64,000 nucleotides of DNA from Carpediemonas membranifera BICM (Eukaryota; Protista; Fornicata), in the NCBI GenBank assembly GCA_019828565.1, contig JAHDYR010000006.1, positions 371,643 to 435,642 on the forward strand. The letters run 5' to 3'. Positions within the stretch are counted from its first letter, which is position 1. Each line of letters starts with the position of its first letter. Shown piece after piece: positions 61,978 to 64,000 of this stretch. The notes under the pieces were generated by a model that did no database searches, was not told the origin of the DNA, and worked only from the letters and a program-made list of their open reading frames with translations. A program made the translations under genes and the position numbers.

Positions 61978-62670
61978 TTAGGAGAGAACGGCGTCTAAGA
62001 CATCGTTGATCTCCTCATACTCAGCCTCAGCAAGCATCTTCTCCAGACAGAAGGGGTAGAGGGCCATGGGCTTGCGTCCACGCCAGTACTGCTCGCCATA
62101 CTCGATCGAGAGGTACTCGAACTTGGCAATAGCGCGATCCGCCAAGTAAAGAATGACGGGAAGACGCTTCTTCTGGTCCCCCACCTGCACATTAACGTAG
62201 GCCGTCCCCGGTACGACGTTGTAGAAAGCGGCACCATCGTTGATCTTGTGACAGCCGAACGTGAGGCCGGCCGAGTCAACAGCAAAGTTGTTAGGCTTCT
62301 TGAGCCTCGTCACGTAGGTCGTGACTGCACCAGGTTCGGGCTCGGGGATGATCTTGCCGCAGTATATGCCAATGACTGCGTCGTTGGGGATGCTCTTGTT
62401 GGTAAGGATACCATCGCCCACTGTCGGCCCCATAAGCGCATGCTGAGGCACCATGGCCAGATCTAGCTCGCTGTTGAAGCCATTCTTGTCCACTGTGACG
62501 GAGAACGTGGTGCTGTGGGCAGAACGAATGCCTGCTTCATCACAGGCCGCAACAAATGACTCAAAGTCATCAGAGGAGTAGTATTGCTGGTATTCCTCCG
62601 CCGTAATCACAGTATCTGCCTTGTTGGTGAGCTTCATGTTCTCGTTCGATTCGGTCACGCCGCAACACAA
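61978..62670 (-). CDS. SET-domain protein of element B
   Basis: VGDGIL..IGIYCG, AVDS, KINDG, EYLSIEYGEQYW. Confidence 0.85.
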   Translation of the reverse strand: MCCGVTESNENMKLTNKADTVITAEEYQQYYSSDDFESFVAACDEAGIRSAHSTTFSVTVDKNGFNSELDLAMVPQHALMGPTVGDGILTNKSIPNDAVIGIYCGKIIPEPEPGAVTTYVTRLKKPNNFAVDSAGLTFGCHKINDGAAFYNVVPGTAYVNVQVGDQKKRLPVILYLADRAIAKFEYLSIEYGEQYWRGRKPMALYPFCLEKMLAEAEYEEINDVLDAVLS

Positions 62671-62704
62671 AATTTGGGCAATAAACAGTCATTTATGAAG
62701 CAAG

Positions 62705-63907
62705 ATGCCGTGTGTAGACACGCTTGAGGTCTGGATCACTCGCATGTTCCACCCATTCCATGGTTTATTTAACGGTTTCCGAATGAACGAAAGAGACGAA
62801 GAGATGGAAGGATCAAAGCGCCAGATCGTGCATGCATTGATTTGTTACTTCAGCATTGAGCCTAAGTATCGCACTGAAGGCGTTGTTGATGTTCTGAAGC
62901 ACCGTGTTCACGAGAACGTCGTCGAGATGCTGACAGAGCGCAAGCAAAAGCCTCTTGAGAGCACAAGCGATGTTGTGGTGGCTGCAGAGAACGTACAAGA
63001 AGCAGCAATCCCGTCTACGAGGCGCTTCGCACGTCGGAGCTGCCAAGTAGATGGTTCTATCACCAGGGAGGGACAGGCATCGGCCGAGGGTGTGGGCAAG
63101 GCTGGCGAAGAAGCATCAGGTGAGGGTGAGGGGCAGCCTTCGGCGAGCAAGAAGGACAAGAAGAAGAAGCCCAAGATTGATCTCACCCTTGAGACATTCG
63201 ATGTTACCGCGGTGCTCAAGGAGGAGCCTTGGTATGGCGGCATTATCGCGCCAGTATCCAGTGCTATGACGACGCTTACTGTCATTCAGTCTGGCTACAT
63301 GGATGAACACCGCCTGGAACTCATGCTAGAGACAATGACGTCTGGTGCAACACGCGAGATGATGCTGCGGATCATGATTGCTTGGCAGCTGGAGCTGTAC
63401 ACGATCGCAGGGAAGCGTGGAGCGATGCCCGTCGACGATGAGGGTAGGGTCGCCCGTCTTGACGCCGCAGCCGAACGTTTACGTGCCGATGTACTGGCTG
63501 GGCGCGTTGGCAAGAACACCTACTGTGATGGCATCTACAAGCGCATCCACGAGATGAGTTCCATCAAGACCCACAATGTGCGGCGTAAGTACGCCAAAAT
63601 GATCAAGTACGCCATTCTCTGGCCAAAGGAGTTCCGCGAGCTCGCCAGTCACCAAGCTGTGCCCCTAACCCTGGCCCATTCCGTGCTCATCTTCAGCCAA
63701 GCCTTTGATAACAGGCTGAACGCTGAGCTCGGGCATCTTCAAGACCAGGACCGAGATAAGATCCGGCACAACATTCTGAGGCTTGAGGAAAGCCAGGGTT
63801 TGGAGCAGACGAGCGACTTACTCTTCCGAGTCTTTGGTGTCACCCGTCCCGGCACAAGGAAGGCTCAATTGGTTACTCCGGAGAAGCGGGACAACGAGGC
63901 TGAGTGA
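62705..63907 (+). CDS. Hypothetical protein (~375-400 aa) with Lys-rich NLS-like stretch
   Basis: Long ORF; SKKDKKKKPK; no family recognised. Confidence 0.65.
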   Translation: MPCVDTLEVWITRMFHPFHGLFNGFRMNERDEEMEGSKRQIVHALICYFSIEPKYRTEGVVDVLKHRVHENVVEMLTERKQKPLESTSDVVVAAENVQEAAIPSTRRFARRSCQVDGSITREGQASAEGVGKAGEEASGEGEGQPSASKKDKKKKPKIDLTLETFDVTAVLKEEPWYGGIIAPVSSAMTTLTVIQSGYMDEHRLELMLETMTSGATREMMLRIMIAWQLELYTIAGKRGAMPVDDEGRVARLDAAAERLRADVLAGRVGKNTYCDGIYKRIHEMSSIKTHNVRRKYAKMIKYAILWPKEFRELASHQAVPLTLAHSVLIFSQAFDNRLNAELGHLQDQDRDKIRHNILRLEESQGLEQTSDLLFRVFGVTRPGTRKAQLVTPEKRDNEAE

Positions 63908-64000
63908 GAGAAGTAAAGTTTGATAATGACTGACAGATCCCTGTTGTTTAGGACGCTGTTATCTCCTTAAATGAGATTCCGGCAGATGCATAAACCGCAC

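Larger units (their letters stand above)
48952..64000. mobile_element. Element B: divergent relative of element A; right end not found in the window
   Basis: Begins CATGCTGT (A: CATACTGT) where copy 2 stops; subterminal repeats ccctagattatctt x2 plus an inverted copy (48966-49025); paralogs of four A genes. Confidence 0.75.

Overview
Eukaryotic (protist-like; 28-37 nt spliceosomal introns) locus made almost entirely of nested mobile elements around one tRNA-His gene. Left half: a PAT/DIRS-type tyrosine-recombinase (YR) retrotransposon with split direct repeats (1466-28034). It is interrupted by two chromodomain Ty3/Gypsy elements and by a complete 12.1-kb multigene DNA transposon ('element A', 48-bp TIRs, 2-bp TSD). 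Centre: a head-to-tail array of a CRE-like non-LTR retrotransposon (RT + restriction-like endonuclease) inserted at the 5' end of tRNA-His. Right half: a second copy of element A, itself interrupted by a gag-less Gypsy and by a divergent relative ('element B', probably >15 kb, right end not seen). Main candidate new system: A and B share a divergent CMC/CACTA-like transposase plus a chromatin-type cargo (SET domain, PHD-like zinc fingers, OTU-like protease). A adds a histone-H3-tail-like protein and a caspase/CHAT-like protease; B adds a kinase, a chromodomain protein and a degenerate YR. Also notable: all three LTR elements have a perfect palindrome in place of a tRNA primer-binding site. Domain calls are by-eye motif recognition, not database hits. 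Most frameshifts fall in G/C homopolymers and are probably assembly errors.
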